Shown: piece after piece, positions 24,870-38,256 of the stretch
Layout: each line of letters starts with the position of its first letter
Numbering within the stretch: the first letter of the stretch is position 1
Source: Octopus vulgaris
Lineage: Eukaryota
Assembly (NCBI GenBank): GCA_951406725.2
Contig: OX597836.1
Span: forward strand, 22,754,001 to 22,818,000
Direction: 5' to 3'
Length of the DNA: 64,000 bases
Program-made: the position numbers and the translations under genes
Notes under the pieces: model-generated
Told to the model about the DNA's origin: nothing
What the model saw: only the letters and a program-made list of their open reading frames with translations
The model's database searches: none

Positions 24870-27800
24870 TACATCATCATCATCATCATCATCGTTTAAC
24901 GTCCGCTTTCCATGCTGGCATGGGTTGGACAATAAGCGTTCCCATGTCGATTCCCGGCATGGGAACGCTTATTGTCCAACCCATGCCGGCATGGAAAGCG
25001 AACTTTAAACGATGATGATGATGATGATGTATGTGTGTGTATATGTTTGTGTGTCTGTGTTTGTCCCCCTAGCATTGCTTGACAACCGATGCTGGTGTGT
25101 TTATGTCCCCGTCACTTAGCGGTTCGGCAAAAGAGACCGATAGAATAAGTACTGGGCTTACAAAGAATAAGTCCCGGGGTCGATTTGCTCGACTAAAGGC
25201 GGTGCTCCAGCATGGCCGCAGTCGAATGACTGAAACAAGTAAAAGTAAAAGTAAAGTAAGTAATTATTTATTTTTAGAATGACATTGTAAGGGAGGTGTG
25301 AAAAGCCAGATCTGGCTGGTTTAAGGGACCACGGCAGAATTTAAACAGAGTGTAAAGTGCTTTGGGTGTTGATCCAAGATTGTGATTTTGAATACTGGAC
25401 CAGGCAATGCGTTATGCTCTTAAGTAAAATACTCCACTTCATGTTGCTCCAGTTCACTCAGCCAGTAAAAGTGAGTAATCCTGCAACGGACCAGTGCCAT
25501 GTCCCAGGAGGAATATATACACCAGAGAAACTGGCCCTATGCTTCTTATGGAGTAATGTGGATGGGAGAGAAATAAAATGAAGCATTTTGTCCGACACAC
25601 TAACAATTATATATTAGTGACAGAGGCAGGATTAATACTGATAGGTAGTATTTATTCTCACTTATCGCTGGCAGGGAGACAAGTGGCTGTTATTTCTAGC
25701 AGTTGAGCATCCATCATTGACAAGACCAATGAAGGTCAAAATCTGGTGGGCCTCAGCACTGCTAACAATATAAACAAGAGTGCATTTTGCACCAAGAACC
25801 AAATGAGAGTTTCTCTCATGGTGTCTACTACAGTATAGTTTGTTCTATAAGAACATCCACTTTTAAGAGTGGGGTAAATGTTACCTCAAGGTATACTGTC
25901 ACTAATATATATTTTTTAACAAGCTCACTGGCAAATCGCAACACTGCTATTCTATATATCATTGGTATGGGATGAATCTTTTATCTCGAGCATCCATCAT
26001 TGACTAGACCAAGGATGGCCCAAATCACATGATCTGGTGGTCTCAATGTTGGAGGTAGCAGGGATTTATTACCTCACTAGCAATATAAACAAGAGAACAT
26101 TTTGCACCAAAAGCCAATACAAGAGTTCCTCTCATGGTATCTACAGCAGTATACCGTAAAAACCTATGTAATTTGTGCACCTGTGTCATTTATAAAAATT
26201 GTTAAAAATAGCTTCTCGTGTAATATTCACACCCAAAACCAGGAAGCTTGCATATTAGAAGCAGGAGGAAATATCAAGTAAGGAGCACTCCGTCGGTTGC
26301 GACATTGAGGGTCCCAGCTGATACGATCAACGGAACAGCTTGCTCGTGATATTAACGTGCAAGTGGCTGAGCACTCCACAGACACGTGTACCCTTAACGT
26401 AGTTCTCAGAGAGATTCAGCGTGACACACTGAATGTGACAAGGGTGGCCCTTTGAAATACAGGTACAAGAGAAACAGGAAGAAAGAGCGAGAGAAAGTTG
26501 TGGTGAAAGAGTACAGCAGGGTTCACCACCATCCCTGCCGGAGCCTCGTGGAGCTTTAGGTGTTTTCGCTCAATAAACACTCACAATGCCCGGTCTGGGA
26601 ATCGAAACCGCAATCCTCCGACCGCGAGTCCGCTGCCCTAACCACTGGGCCATTGCGCCTCCACGAAATATATATCAAGTAAGTTGGTGCTAAGAAAGTT
26701 AAAGGCTGATCTAGGTTAAAAACAACATTATGTATCTTTATTGTGTAACTTCATATACATACCTTACCGCAATTACGAATGTCACCCACTTTTACACAGG
26801 TTATCTATGAAAAAAAAAAAAAAAAAAAAAATCAAGAAGTAATACAAAAACAGCTCAGTCCTAAATAATCAGTTTCTTAAACTGGAATCAGGATGAAGAG
26901 GTAAAGAGGGAGTCACTGTATGTGACTGTCATCATCATCATCATCATCATCATTTAGCGTCCGCTTTCCATGCTAGCATGGGTTGGACGGGTCAACTGGG
27001 GTCTGTGAAGCTGGAAGGCTTCGTCAGGCCCAGTCAGATCTGGCAGTGTTTCTACGGCTGGATGCCCTTCCTAACGCCAACCACTCCGCGAGTGTAGTGG
27101 GTGTTTTTTACATGCCACCTGCACAGGTGCCAGACAGAGCTGGTCAAAACAAATGAAGATAAGATGAGGAAGGCAGAGTATTGGATTAAGTGAAGTAATT
27201 AGTGCAAGGTTTAAGGGAGTAGGTGATGGACGAGGCAGTAAATGACATCACCACCACCAACATCCTCCTCCTTTAATGTCAGTTTTCCATGCTGGCATGA
27301 GCTGGATAGTTTGACCAGAGCTGGCAAGATGGAGAGCTTGCACCAGGCTCCAGTTTGATTTGGCTTGATTTCTACAGTTGGATGCCCTTCCTATTGGCAA
27401 CCACTTTACAGAGTGTGCTGGGTGCTTTTTACACGACACTGGTATGGGGGTTTTCTATGCAGCACCAGCATGGGCTTCCTTTATGTGACAATGGCATGGC
27501 CACTCCTTACACGATGCCAGCATGGGCACTCTTTATGAGGCACCAACACAGGTTCTTTTTACAGGACTCCAGCATAGATGCTTTTTACATAGCACCAGCA
27601 CAGATGCCTTTTATGTGGCACTGGCACAGGGCACTTGCAAGGCAAAAACCCCTTTCAGCTGGGAGAGAATTAACAATTCTGCTGTGGTGAACAGGGCTTC
27701 TTGAGTACAGCAAGATACCAGAAGATATATTTTTTACTTAACCCCAAAGTTTTATGATTTCTACAACTCTGATGCTTTTACAATCAACAAGAACAAAAAC

Positions 27801-29574
27801 ACCACTTACCATTCCTAAATCTGAACATTTTTTCCAGGGGCTCGACTTTTTACCTTTAAATATGGACAAACTGCCTTCAATGTTACCCACAGCCAATTCA
27901 TTTCCCTAAAACAAAGAAGAAAAAAATTACTATCAATGATTTCTAACAGACACAGGGTCACATATTTTACAGGAAAATACATTTGATGACATCAACCTCA
28001 ATATATGACTGGTACTTTATCTTTTTTACTTGATCAACATCCAGAGTTTACCTTGGTAAAAAACAAAAAATCTTTTTTCAATTTTTCTCCCTTAAATAAT
28101 CACATTCCTATTTCGGTTTTGCATTTCATTTCCAAGATTCTTGATGTGAATTTGTGTGTTGAAAAAAGTTTGGTTGTCTCTTGGGCGAGTTATACCAATA
28201 ATAAAAATACAGGTTTAATTCTACATTATTAGTCAACTGGTTATCTACCCGATTAACTAATCGATTGTTAATCGTTTACTCTTTATTCTTTTACTTGTTT
28301 CAGTCATTTGACTGTGGCCTGGCTAGAGCACTGCTTTTAGTTGAGCAAATCGACCCCAGGACTTACTCTTTGGAAGCCTAGTACTTATTCTATCGGTCGC
28401 TTTGGCTGAACCACTAAGTTGCGGGGATGTAAACACCAGCATCGGTTGTCAAGCAATGTTGGGGGGACAAACACGGACACACAAACATGTGTGTGTGTGT
28501 GTTTGTCTGTCTGTCTGTCGCCACCATCATCGCTTGACAACCGGTGTTGCTGTGTTTACGTCCACGTAACTTACCGGTTCGTTATAATAGACCGATAAAA
28601 TAAGTACTAAGCTTACAAAGTAGAAGTCCTGAGGTAGATTTGTTCGACTAAAGGTGATGCATGGCTGCAGTCAAATGGCAAACAAATAAAATAAGGGTTA
28701 ATGATATATTATGTACGTGTGGGTATATATGTGTGATGTGCGTCAGTGTAAAACTGTGCGAGCCTACCCAACTATTTTTTCATACGAAATTTCTATATAA
28801 TCTAAAAAGTATTCGTAGAAAATTTCATTAAAAAAATATCCATTTGGTACGAAATATTGATTTAACAATAGAAGGGACCCGACAATATCTTCTGTGGATT
28901 CTAGATTGTTTTAAATCTAGTTTTTTTTTCCCAAAATTTAGCATATTTGTTCATTCTATTGTGATATATAATTGAAATAATTATAAAACAAAAGACTAAA
29001 TATGTTTAAGGCGTACGCAAGTTTCGTAATTTCCTTCTTTTTGGAGTTTGAGCCCCTTATATCTCTTTCTTTATTACCCCACAGGGGGCTAAACACAGAG
29101 GGGACAAACAAGGACAGACAAACGGATTAAGTCGATTACATCGACCCCAGTGATTAACTGGTACTTAATTTATCGACCCCCGAAAGGATGAAAGGCAAAG
29201 TCGACCTCGGTGGAATTTGAACTCAGGACGTAACGGCAGACGAAATACGGCTACGCATTTCGCCCGGCGTGCTAACGATTCTGCCAGCTCGCTGCCTTTG
29301 AGCCCCTTATATCGTTAAGTCAATATTTCGGGACCTTTGTATACCACTAGTACCATCCATTTCACTGAAATTTCAGAGTAAACCAAGTCGATGTGGTGCA
29401 CTTTGTACGTACGCAAATCTACAATTAATTATAATAAAAGAAAGGCAGATGAATAAATAATAAATACGGCTTTCTTACCCCGTCGTTGTCCACATCCCCC
29501 AGGGCGAGAGCATCGTTCAATAAATTTTTAGAAAAATCTAGTTCTATCCGATCAACAAACGAAACAGCCCTCAT
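12868..29574 (-). CDS. ITFG2: KICSTOR complex subunit ITFG2 (FG-GAP repeat protein), complete 11-exon CDS, 419 aa
   Basis: Exons 29479-29574, 27810-27905, 26763-26804, 24355-24423, 22846-22945, 19571-19707, 16878-17008, 15679-15818, 14926-15132, 14096-14272 and 12868-12932 total 1260 nt, with GT-AG introns and consistent phases. The protein [15 protein letters not shown]...[14 protein letters not shown]...[37 protein letters not shown] matches human ITFG2 as recalled. Confidence 0.95.
14096..14272 (-). CDS. ITFG2: ITFG2 exon 10
   Basis: [25 protein letters not shown]...LKKLSID|gtaagc. Confidence 0.92.
14926..15132 (-). CDS. ITFG2: ITFG2 exon 9
   Basis: [21 protein letters not shown]...[11 protein letters not shown]|gtaaat. 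Confidence 0.95.
15679..15818 (-). CDS. ITFG2: ITFG2 exon 8
   Basis: KDVIYQSLG...YFALSTLNG|gtatgt. Confidence 0.9.
16878..17008 (-). CDS. ITFG2: ITFG2 exon 7
   Basis: [28 protein letters not shown]...|gtgagt. Confidence 0.9.
17040..18380 (+). mobile_element. RTE-clade LINE fragment (APE endonuclease and linker), in ITFG2 intron 6
   Basis: [36 protein letters not shown]...[16 protein letters not shown]; frameshifted. Confidence 0.9.
19160..19555 (+). mobile_element. SINE family B (GGCGCAGGAGTGGCTGTGTGGTAAG head, central TA/TG microsatellite); copies at 23050-23437, 24653-25255, 35855-36235, 57668-58080 and others
   Basis: Highly repeated element with a tRNA-like head and CCTTGGGCAAGT core. 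Confidence 0.88.
19571..19707 (-). CDS. ITFG2: ITFG2 exon 6
   Basis: [22 protein letters not shown]...KWQLNGQ|gtcagt. Confidence 0.93.
19782..20500 (+). repeat. Tandem array of ~7 ~100-bp units derived from the SINE-B head plus oligo-T
   Basis: Unit GACA(T)nGAAGTA(A)GACATAG.TGCAGGAGTGGCTGTGTGGT...GTTCTATCCTACTGTGT. Confidence 0.92.
20734..21437. mobile_element. hAT-like non-autonomous element with nested CR1 tail
   Basis: CAGGACTGGCCA...TGGCCAGGCCTG termini; 8-bp TSD GTCTAACC/GTCTAATC; CR1 3' fragment with an (AAT)n tail at ~20990-21330. Confidence 0.7.
22310..22745 (-). mobile_element. CR1-clade LINE 3' end
   Basis: [25 protein letters not shown]...[13 protein letters not shown]. Confidence 0.88.
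22846..22945 (-). CDS. ITFG2: ITFG2 exon 5
   Basis: ag|[34 protein letters not shown]|gtgagt. Confidence 0.9.
24355..24423 (-). CDS. ITFG2: ITFG2 exon 4
   Basis: ag|[23 protein letters not shown]|gtgagt. Confidence 0.9.
26763..26804 (-). CDS. ITFG2: ITFG2 exon 3
   Basis: ag|[14 protein letters not shown]|gtatgt. Confidence 0.9.
27810..27905 (-). CDS. ITFG2: ITFG2 exon 2
   Basis: ag|[32 protein letters not shown]|gtaagt. Confidence 0.92.
29479..29574 (-). CDS. ITFG2: ITFG2 exon 1 (start codon)
   Basis: [32 protein letters not shown]|gtaag. Confidence 0.92.
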
Positions 29575-29768
29575 TATTAGGGACCAGACAGTAAAAAGAG
29601 ATGCTATTATTGTTATACCGGTGTACGATGGGCGTTACATAAACGGTGATAACCGAATAATGTTCGTCAAAATTAATGTCCGGTGATCGTGATGTTCAGC
29701 TTTTAATTTTAAATCTACAGCTGTCGGAAATTCAACCAATGTTCTATCAACAAAGATGAAAACATTTA

Positions 29769-30182
29769 GGATCTTTTCGGTTTGACCGGCAGTTTTTTAA
29801 AAATAATCTCCACGTAACTAAACACTTTTAAACTTCGTATACTGGTAGAATGTGTTTATAAAACATCTTTTCTCTTGACTTTATTGAGAAAATTCTACAG
29901 TTTGTTAGATATTTGTTGTTTTTTTTCTTTCAATTTCTGCAATTTCAACTAATCAATGACGTCTATTGAGGTGAAAACATTCTGTGCTGTATGAATATGT
30001 CCCTCGTTTAAGAAACAGATTGGGTTTATTTACATTTCTGAAGAAAAAAAAAGATACCCTTCCCCCCACCCCTAACCCTAAAACAGATTGAAATGCAATA
30101 GAGCGATACTAGGGTCATAATTATGGGTGACAATTTCATATGATACCGCTAGAAAAAACTGCCGTTCAAACCGAAAAGATCC
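29769..30182. mobile_element. MITE with ~30-bp TIRs and 8-bp TSD (Merlin-like, GG...CC ends)
   Basis: GGATCTTTTCGGTTTGACCGGCAGTTTTTT / AAAAAACTGCCGTTCAAACCGAAAAGATCC; TSD AACATTTA on both sides. Confidence 0.85.
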
Positions 30183-30710
30183 AACATTTACATACAGACC
30201 CTTTCTGACTGCTAAAATGAAAATGACCTTGTTAAATTTCTTCCAACTATTCAAAATTTTCTTCAGATTCGATTGGCAAAAATGACATAATTTTAAATGC
30301 TTTTAAATTCCTTATTAATATCTAGAAAAACTAAAGGTGATTTTCGTCATCAGCATCCCAAAACCATACCAAAACTACATTTTTTAAGCATAATTTAGTG
30401 AAAATTTAAAATACTTCAAGTGGTTGGAAGAAATTTAACCAGATGTAATGAAATATTTAAATTACCAAGATTTTTCTTGTATTATTTGTTCCAGCTTTAG
30501 ATGTATGTATTTGTACATACTGTAAGAAATAGCTTGGTTTCTTTCTCTAACATTTTACATAGTTTAACCCACACAAATTAATTTGTGAAAAAAGAAAAAG
30601 GTATTTTGAAAAAAGTTATCATAAAACTAATCTTTAAACATCGAATGGCTATGGGGCTCAGCAGAATAAAATAGTAATCATAAGGGCCCATTGATAAAAA
30701 GTGGCCAAGA

Positions 30711-31388
30711 ATCTCTTCTGCATTAAATGATTGTTGTATAAAGATATGCGTTCATTATATTCACACTGCCTCATCCATTCCCCTTCTCTCGTGCTCCTTT
30801 ACATTCTTGTAACCCCACCCATCCACCCAGACTCCCAATTCTCCCCACCCACATCTTTCAGTTCTGCTGACCTCATTCATTGAGGGTCCACCCAAACGTC
30901 TCATCACCACTATGTTTATCTCCTCCTCACTCCACCCTGATCACCCTACCACCCTCTCTTCTAAAATACAAGTAGCCATGTGGCCCCTCTAAATGAATGA
31001 ATCCCTTCTGCTCTACCTCCTACTCTCGTACTCTAACCCTCCCTCATCCATCTCTTCTGCATTAAATGATTGTTGTATAAAGATATGCGTTCATTATATT
31101 CACACTGCCTCATCCATTCCCCTTCACTCGTGCTCCTTTACATTCTTGTAACCCCACCCATCCACCCAGACTCCCAATTCTCCCCACCCACATCTTTCAG
31201 TTCTACTGACCTCATTCATTGAGGGTCCACCCAAACGTCTCATCACCACTATGTTTATCTCCTCCTCACACCACCCTGATCACCCCACCACCCTCTCTTC
31301 TAAAATACAAGTAGCCATGTGGCCCCTCTAAATGAATGAATCCCTTCTGCTCTACCTCCTACTCTCGTACTCTAACCCTCCCTCATCC
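30711..31388. repeat. 339-bp near-perfect tandem duplication (C-rich)
   Basis: 30711-31049 and 31050-31388 differ by only a few substitutions. Confidence 0.92.
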
Positions 31389-31592
31389 ATCTCTTAATAT
31401 AAATCCACCTCTCTCAGGGTTCATAGTTTTGGGAAGTGCATGGTAACTTCACTAATGCTGGTGCTATGAAAAAAGAGTAGCTAGTACACTCTGTTAAAAC
31501 TTAAAAGAGCTGTGATAACATTCCACAAGGCATTTTTCCCTATGTCCTGACAACTCTTCAAATCACAAAACACACACATTGGAAAAATGTGT

Positions 31593-31819
31593 TTAATCCT
31601 TTAGTATTTAAACCGGCCCTATCCGGCCAAAATATTTAATCTGTTTTATGTTCAAACTGACCAGATCCAGGCCCTCACACCTACCCTACAATGTTATTCT
31701 ACATTAAGTAATTACACCATCAAGATCTTGAAGATATGAGATAATGCATGATTAATTCAAATCAATGTGAATCAATAAGTATTATGTTTGATAGAATAAT
31801 CTGAACACTAAAGGGTTAA
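31593..31819. mobile_element. TTAA-flanked piggyBac-type MITE (a second one at 45563-45789)
   Basis: TTAA-TCCTTTAGT...ACTAAAGGG-TTAA. Confidence 0.65.
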
Positions 31820-32785
31820 ATAATCACTCATTCAAATGTTTGTAAAAATTTCAATGAGTTTCACAGAGATAGACAGTAATATAAGTTTAAATGTTCTATG
31901 AAGATCATAACAAATATGCATGATTGAAAGTTCGGTCATATTGAGTTTTTATATTTAAAAAAAAGGGGGGGGGGAGAAAGAGAAAAAGATGGAGAGAAAG
32001 AAAAAATGCTTTTTTTGGTTTTTCCTTATATTCCCCTTTATTTGATAATCATCATCATCATCATCATCGTTTAACATCCGTTTTCCGCGCTAGCACGGGT
32101 TGGACGGTTCGACCGGGGTCTGGGAAGCCAGGGGCTGCTCCAGGCTCCAGTCTGATCTGGCTGAGTTTCTACGGCTGGATGCCCTTCCTAACGCCAACCA
32201 CTCCGCGAGTGTAGTGGGTGCTTTTTACGTGCCACCTGCACCTAAATAAATATTGGCCACCCCTATCCTTCTTTCTTCTAGTGACCACCCCTTCCCCATC
32301 GGTCATTCTCTTTAGCCTTATATGTAGATAAAGCTAGATATATGGTCCCAGCACATTGGAGTCTAGTAGATTGTCTAACTTTAATTGATTTATCACCATC
32401 AACTAGAATACAGTTGACAACTCCCTAGGGATTTAATTCTAACTGGTTGCAGACTACATGCTACATAAAGGCTTCTAAGTATAAGTATCTTTGTCACCAC
32501 TTCTTTTACCTTGACCTTCACTATCTCCTCTGGTAGGCTTAACAAGGTATGCATTATTTTCTAAACTCATTCTGCCACAGATAGAACAAAAGGAAGCAAT
32601 GTAAATATTTTGGTTTCCATTATTGATGTAAATTTGTTTTTAAAAAAATGGTTTATCCTCTATGTTTGATGCCTGTGCATCTGAAGAAAGTGGCTTCTTT
32701 CAAATTGATGTAGTGTTCTCATTAATCAATTAAATGGAGCCACTTGAAACAGCCATAATGAATTGACACCTGTACATCTGTGTTA

Positions 32786-32828
<43 letters not shown>

Positions 32829-33401
32829 GGAATTCACATATGTTTTGCATATGTGAATTACAGGGTCTGTCATGCCCGGAGTCCAACTTTGATAGAAATA
32901 AGCATTCTTGACTGCTATTTCTATTTTTTCGGTATGCGGTCAAGCAACCTGTTTTGCCTGTCCCTTTTTCTTATATACAATATATATACTGAACTTTACA
33001 GAAGTTCCTGCCGGTAATTGGCTATATTTACATACCGAATTCTACCAGTAAATAATTGGGGTTTTTTTAAAAGCCTTTATAGAAATTATTTACTCTTATC
33101 ATTATATATATATATATATATATAACGTTGCCAGCGCTGCCTTCGCTGGCTTCCGTGCCGCTGGCACGTTAAAAGCTCCAACCGATCGTGACCGATGCCG
33201 GACCCCCCCTGGCACCTGTGCAGGTGGCACGTAAAAAGCACCCACTACACTCACGGAGTGGTTGGCGTTAGGAAGGGGATCCAGCCGTAGAAACTCTGCC
33301 AGATCAGACTGGAGCCTGGAGCAGCCCCTGGCTTCCCAGACCCCGGTCGAACCGTCCAACCCGTGCTAGCGCGAAAAGCGGACGTTAAACGATGATGATG
33401 A

Positions 33402-33434
<33 letters not shown>

Positions 33435-34017
33435 CTTACCTTCAAAACACAGAGTAGACGAAGCAGGGGCAGCTGAAGAAGGGGAATATTCCTTGTGTTC
33501 TATGTCTTGTACTCTGTTATTTCGTTGTTTAAAAAAAGTCCGTTTCCATGATTTTGTTTTTATGTTTTCGTTTCTCATTGTGTTTGATGTTTTTTTTTTG
33601 GTGTCCTGTACCCATATATGCATGTATATATATATATATAGATGTAGGTACGTACATATATGTATGTATATGTGCATATGTTTTATTTATCATTTTGTTA
33701 GTATATATATATATATTTGCCAGCCTCGCCTGGTGGCATGTAAAAAGCACCATCCGATTGTGGCCGTTGCCAGCCTCGCCCGGCTCCTGTGCTAGTGGCA
33801 CATAAAAAGCACCATCCGACCTTGGCCGTTTGCCAGCCCCGTCTGGCATGTAAAAAGCACCCACTACACTCACGGAGTGGTTGGCGTTAGGAAGGGCATC
33901 CAGCCATAGAAACATTGCCAGATCAGACTGGGCCTGGTGCAGCCTTCTGACTTCCCAGACCCCAGTTGAACCATCCAACCCATGCTAGCATGGAAAGCGG
34001 ACGCTAAATGATGATGA

Positions 34018-34058
<41 letters not shown>

Positions 34059-34074
34059 TATATATATACACACA

Positions 34075-34142
<68 letters not shown>

Positions 34143-34187
34143 CACACACACATATATATATACACACACACACATATATATATATAT

Positions 34188-34236
<49 letters not shown>

Positions 34237-34702
34237 TATATATATATAGACACACACACACATTTGTGTGTGTTTTTGTGTTAGCTTGCTGCTTGATAAT
34301 TGGTGTTAGTTTGTTTATGTCCCTTCATAACTTAGTGCTTTTGGCAAAAGACACTGATAGAATAAGTATCAGAGCTAAAACTAAAGGTACTAAGTGTAAA
34401 TTCAATCAACTAATCCCTTCAAGGGAGTGTTCCAGTGTAGTCACAGTCCAATGACTATAACAAGTACAAAAAAAAAAGACTGGTTTAGGTAGCAGCAGGG
34501 TGGTATAATTAAATTGGGTTAGTGGGTACCTACCTACTAGTGTACTATATACTGTGAACTGCTTGTTATGCACAAAGTGCTGGGGTGTTATAATGTGAGT
34601 AGCATGACATTCAGTTAGTAAATATTCTTACTATGTGATCAAAATTCAGGGCAGACCTCAAGCAGTAACTGGCTATGGCAGGTTATAGACGAATAACAAA
34701 TA

Positions 34703-34747
<45 letters not shown>

Positions 34748-35108
34748 CTTTTCTACTAAAGGTACAAGGCCTGAAATTTGGGGGGGAGGGGACTAGTTGA
34801 TTACATTGATCCCAGTACTTCACTGGTACTTAATTTATCAACCCTGGTGGAATATGAAATAATAATAATAATAATAATAATAATGCTCATATCCTACGCA
34901 AAATACTCTCTATGTAATCCCAAGGTTTAAAACAAACTTTTTTTTAAAAATTTATTTATTAGACATTCACTAGTACAACACCAAAAAAAAACCCCAAATA
35001 TATGGCACACTAGGGATAACAACAACGTGAACTTCCAACCTGTTGTCTCTTGAGGTCTCTGGGTGAGACTTGGAGCCAACTTGTACTAATATAAAGCAAA
35101 AGTTAAAC

Positions 35109-35152
<44 letters not shown>

Positions 35153-37710
35153 GAAAGTTTGCCTCTTAAAGACAGGAAAGATTATCAAGAGGGTTCTAAG
35201 CACTTGAAAGACTAGTGAAAGCTAGTAGATACCTAAGGTTACAGGTATAACCTGCTACCCATATAAATCCTACCAGGAATAAGAGCAAATCTGAGTAAAG
35301 TCAACAACAATAATAATTATTATTATATTGATAAAAAATACAAATGATAAAAATAATAATAAAGAAGAAAAAGAACGATGCCCTATATAAAAATCAGGGC
35401 TTTGTTAAAAGTGCAAACATATATATACTCTGCAGAAAACAGCTTTTGCATGTTTGTATGTATTTGTGAGTCATAAATAAGCCCACAAGAGTGTGAACAC
35501 ATACACACATATATTGTTACTATGCTCAGGACGGTAGTATAGAATTTCAGTAATTTATGTCAATAATACAAGCCAATTGCATAAAATTTTTCCCAGACAG
35601 AAAGGCCAACTTAGACAAAAATATTTTTCGAGACAAAAAAAAAAAATCTCTTGAAAAGAAGTGAATGGAGATTTGAAACTGAAAGATAGTGAAAAAATCT
35701 CATCCACCAGGAACATTCCTAGATATGTCAAACATGGATTTGTGGAAGGAAGTTTGCTTCCCAACCGTTCAGTTTTGGGTTCAGTTACACTGCGTGTCTT
35801 CTACTATAACCCTGGACTGACCAAAGCCTTGTGAGTAGATTTGGTAGATGAAATTGCTGTGTGGTAAGTAGCTCGCTTACCAACCACACGGTTCCAGGTT
35901 CAGTCCCACTGTGTGGCACCTTGGGAAAGTGTCTTTTACTATAGCCTCGGGCTGACCAGAGCCTTGTGAGTGGATTTCGTAGAGGAAAACTGAAAGAAGC
36001 CTGTCATATATATATATGTATATATATGTGTGTGTGTGTTTATCTCCCCAACATCGCTTGACAACCGATGCTGGTATGTTTACGTCCCCGTTACTTAGCG
36101 GTTCGGCAAAAGAGACCGATAGAATAAGTACTAGGCTTACAAAGAATAAGTCCTGGGGTCGATTTGCTCGACTAAAAAGCTGGTGCTCCAGCATGGCCAC
36201 AGTCAAATGACTGAAACAAGTAAAAGAATAAAAGAATATATTAATATGTAAGTAGAAGCATGTGGCTTAAAAGGAGTAAAGGCCTCCTTCAGTCATGAAT
36301 GACCATGGAACTGCACCTACACAGTTCCCCCCCAAGGCACAAGTGTGGGCAAGGTTGTTTTTGTGGAAGGCTAACAGTCCCCCATGCACACCAGCCTCCC
36401 TTCTCCATGCCACCGATACAGCTTGGCACCAGTGATGTTGCAACTCATTTCTACTGCTGAGTGAACAGGAGCAATGTGAAATAAAGTGTCTTGCCCAAGA
36501 ACACAACACAGCCTGGTATAGGTATCAAACCCACAAACTCATGATTGTGAGCCATATGTCTTCACGTGGCCTAGTGGTTAGGGTGTTGGACTCATAGTTG
36601 TAAGATTGTGGGTTTCGATTCCTGGACCAGGCATTGTGTTGTGCTCTCGAGCAAGACAGTTCATTTCAAGTTGCTCTAGTCTGATCAGCTGGCAAAAATG
36701 AGTACTCTTGCAATGGGAAGGCGGCGAGCTGGCAGAACCGTTAGCACGCCGGGCGAAATGCGTAGCCGTATTTCATCTGCCGTTACGTTCTGAGTTCAAA
36801 TTCTGCCGAAGTTGACTTTGCCTTTCATCCTTTCGGGGTCAATAAATTAAGTACCAGTTAATCACTGGGGTCGACATAATCGACTTAATCCGTTTGTCTG
36901 TCCTTGTTTGTCCCCTCTAGGTTTAGCCCCTTGTGGGTAATAAAGAAACAAATGGGCCAGAATCCTGTCTAAGAGGGAGTATATACACCAGAAGAATGGC
37001 TCTTTGAGTCTATGTCTCAGGAAGGAGCTTTATTTATGGGTGTGCATGTGCATATGTCTCTGTGTTCATGTTTGTCCTCTACCACTGCTTGACAACCAGT
37101 GTTGGTTTGTTTATGTTCTTGTAACTTAGTGGTTTGGCAAAAAGAGTCCAATAGAGTAACACTCACATTAATAACACTCCCAGCACTTTGTGCATAACAA
37201 GCATTTCATGGTATTCAGTACACTAATATAATCAGACATCATGATAGGTAGGTACCCACTAATCCAATCTGACTATTCCAACCTGCTGCCACAGAAACAA
37301 GAGTCCAAACCTGGGGTCAATTTGTGCAACCAAACCCTTCACAATGATGCTCCAGTGACTGAAACAGGTGTAAAAAAAAAAGAAAAAGAAACTTAGACTT
37401 CTGAGGAGGGAAGAAAAGAAAGAGAAGCCAGATTTGTAGAAATATATGAAAATGAATCCCAAGAACTGTCCATAAATTAACTTCTGTGCATTATAACTAG
37501 GAGGTCGTTATTCAAAGAAAACATCTCATTAACTGCAGAATCCTAAAAGGATAGCTAAAACAAAAATTTTAGAATGATTTCCCTTTCCTCGTGGGTGCTA
37601 GGAGTTCTTTGATTCCATAACATTATGGTTTTTATGGCTGGATGTCCTTCCTAATGTCAACCAATCCACAGAATGTACTAGGTGCATTGTATATGGCACC
37701 ATCACCAGTG

Positions 37711-37744
<34 letters not shown>

Positions 37745-38220
37745 TCTACAGATGACTTTCAGATTTTCAGTTTATTGGAGTGCAGCATCAGAAGGAAGCT
37801 CCTGGCTTAAGGCTATCACAAAAGGCCTGGTTGAAGGCCCAACCTTCTGAGTTCTTTTACAGAGCTTAGACAAACTGAAGGACCACTGCAATAAGTGTGT
37901 GAATCTGAGGGGGGAATATGTTGAATAAAATCATAATTAACTGATCCTCCTGTATTTTCTTTTACCCAAATCCAGGAACTTTTCAATAACCCCCTCATGT
38001 ATGTATGTAAAACTAATACATCTGTTTGTTGTTTACACACCCATCTTCGTCTTTTTTTTTTTTGTAAATTCTCACTATATATACACATTTTTATTATTAT
38101 TTTGCAATTTACTTAATCGTCAGTATATTATTGATATTTTAATATTTCTATTATATGTAATTTTCTAGATGGTGTAATTTAATTGTTTATTTTGAATTGA
38201 TAAAAGGTGTTTTTTTTCTA

Positions 38221-38256
<36 letters not shown>

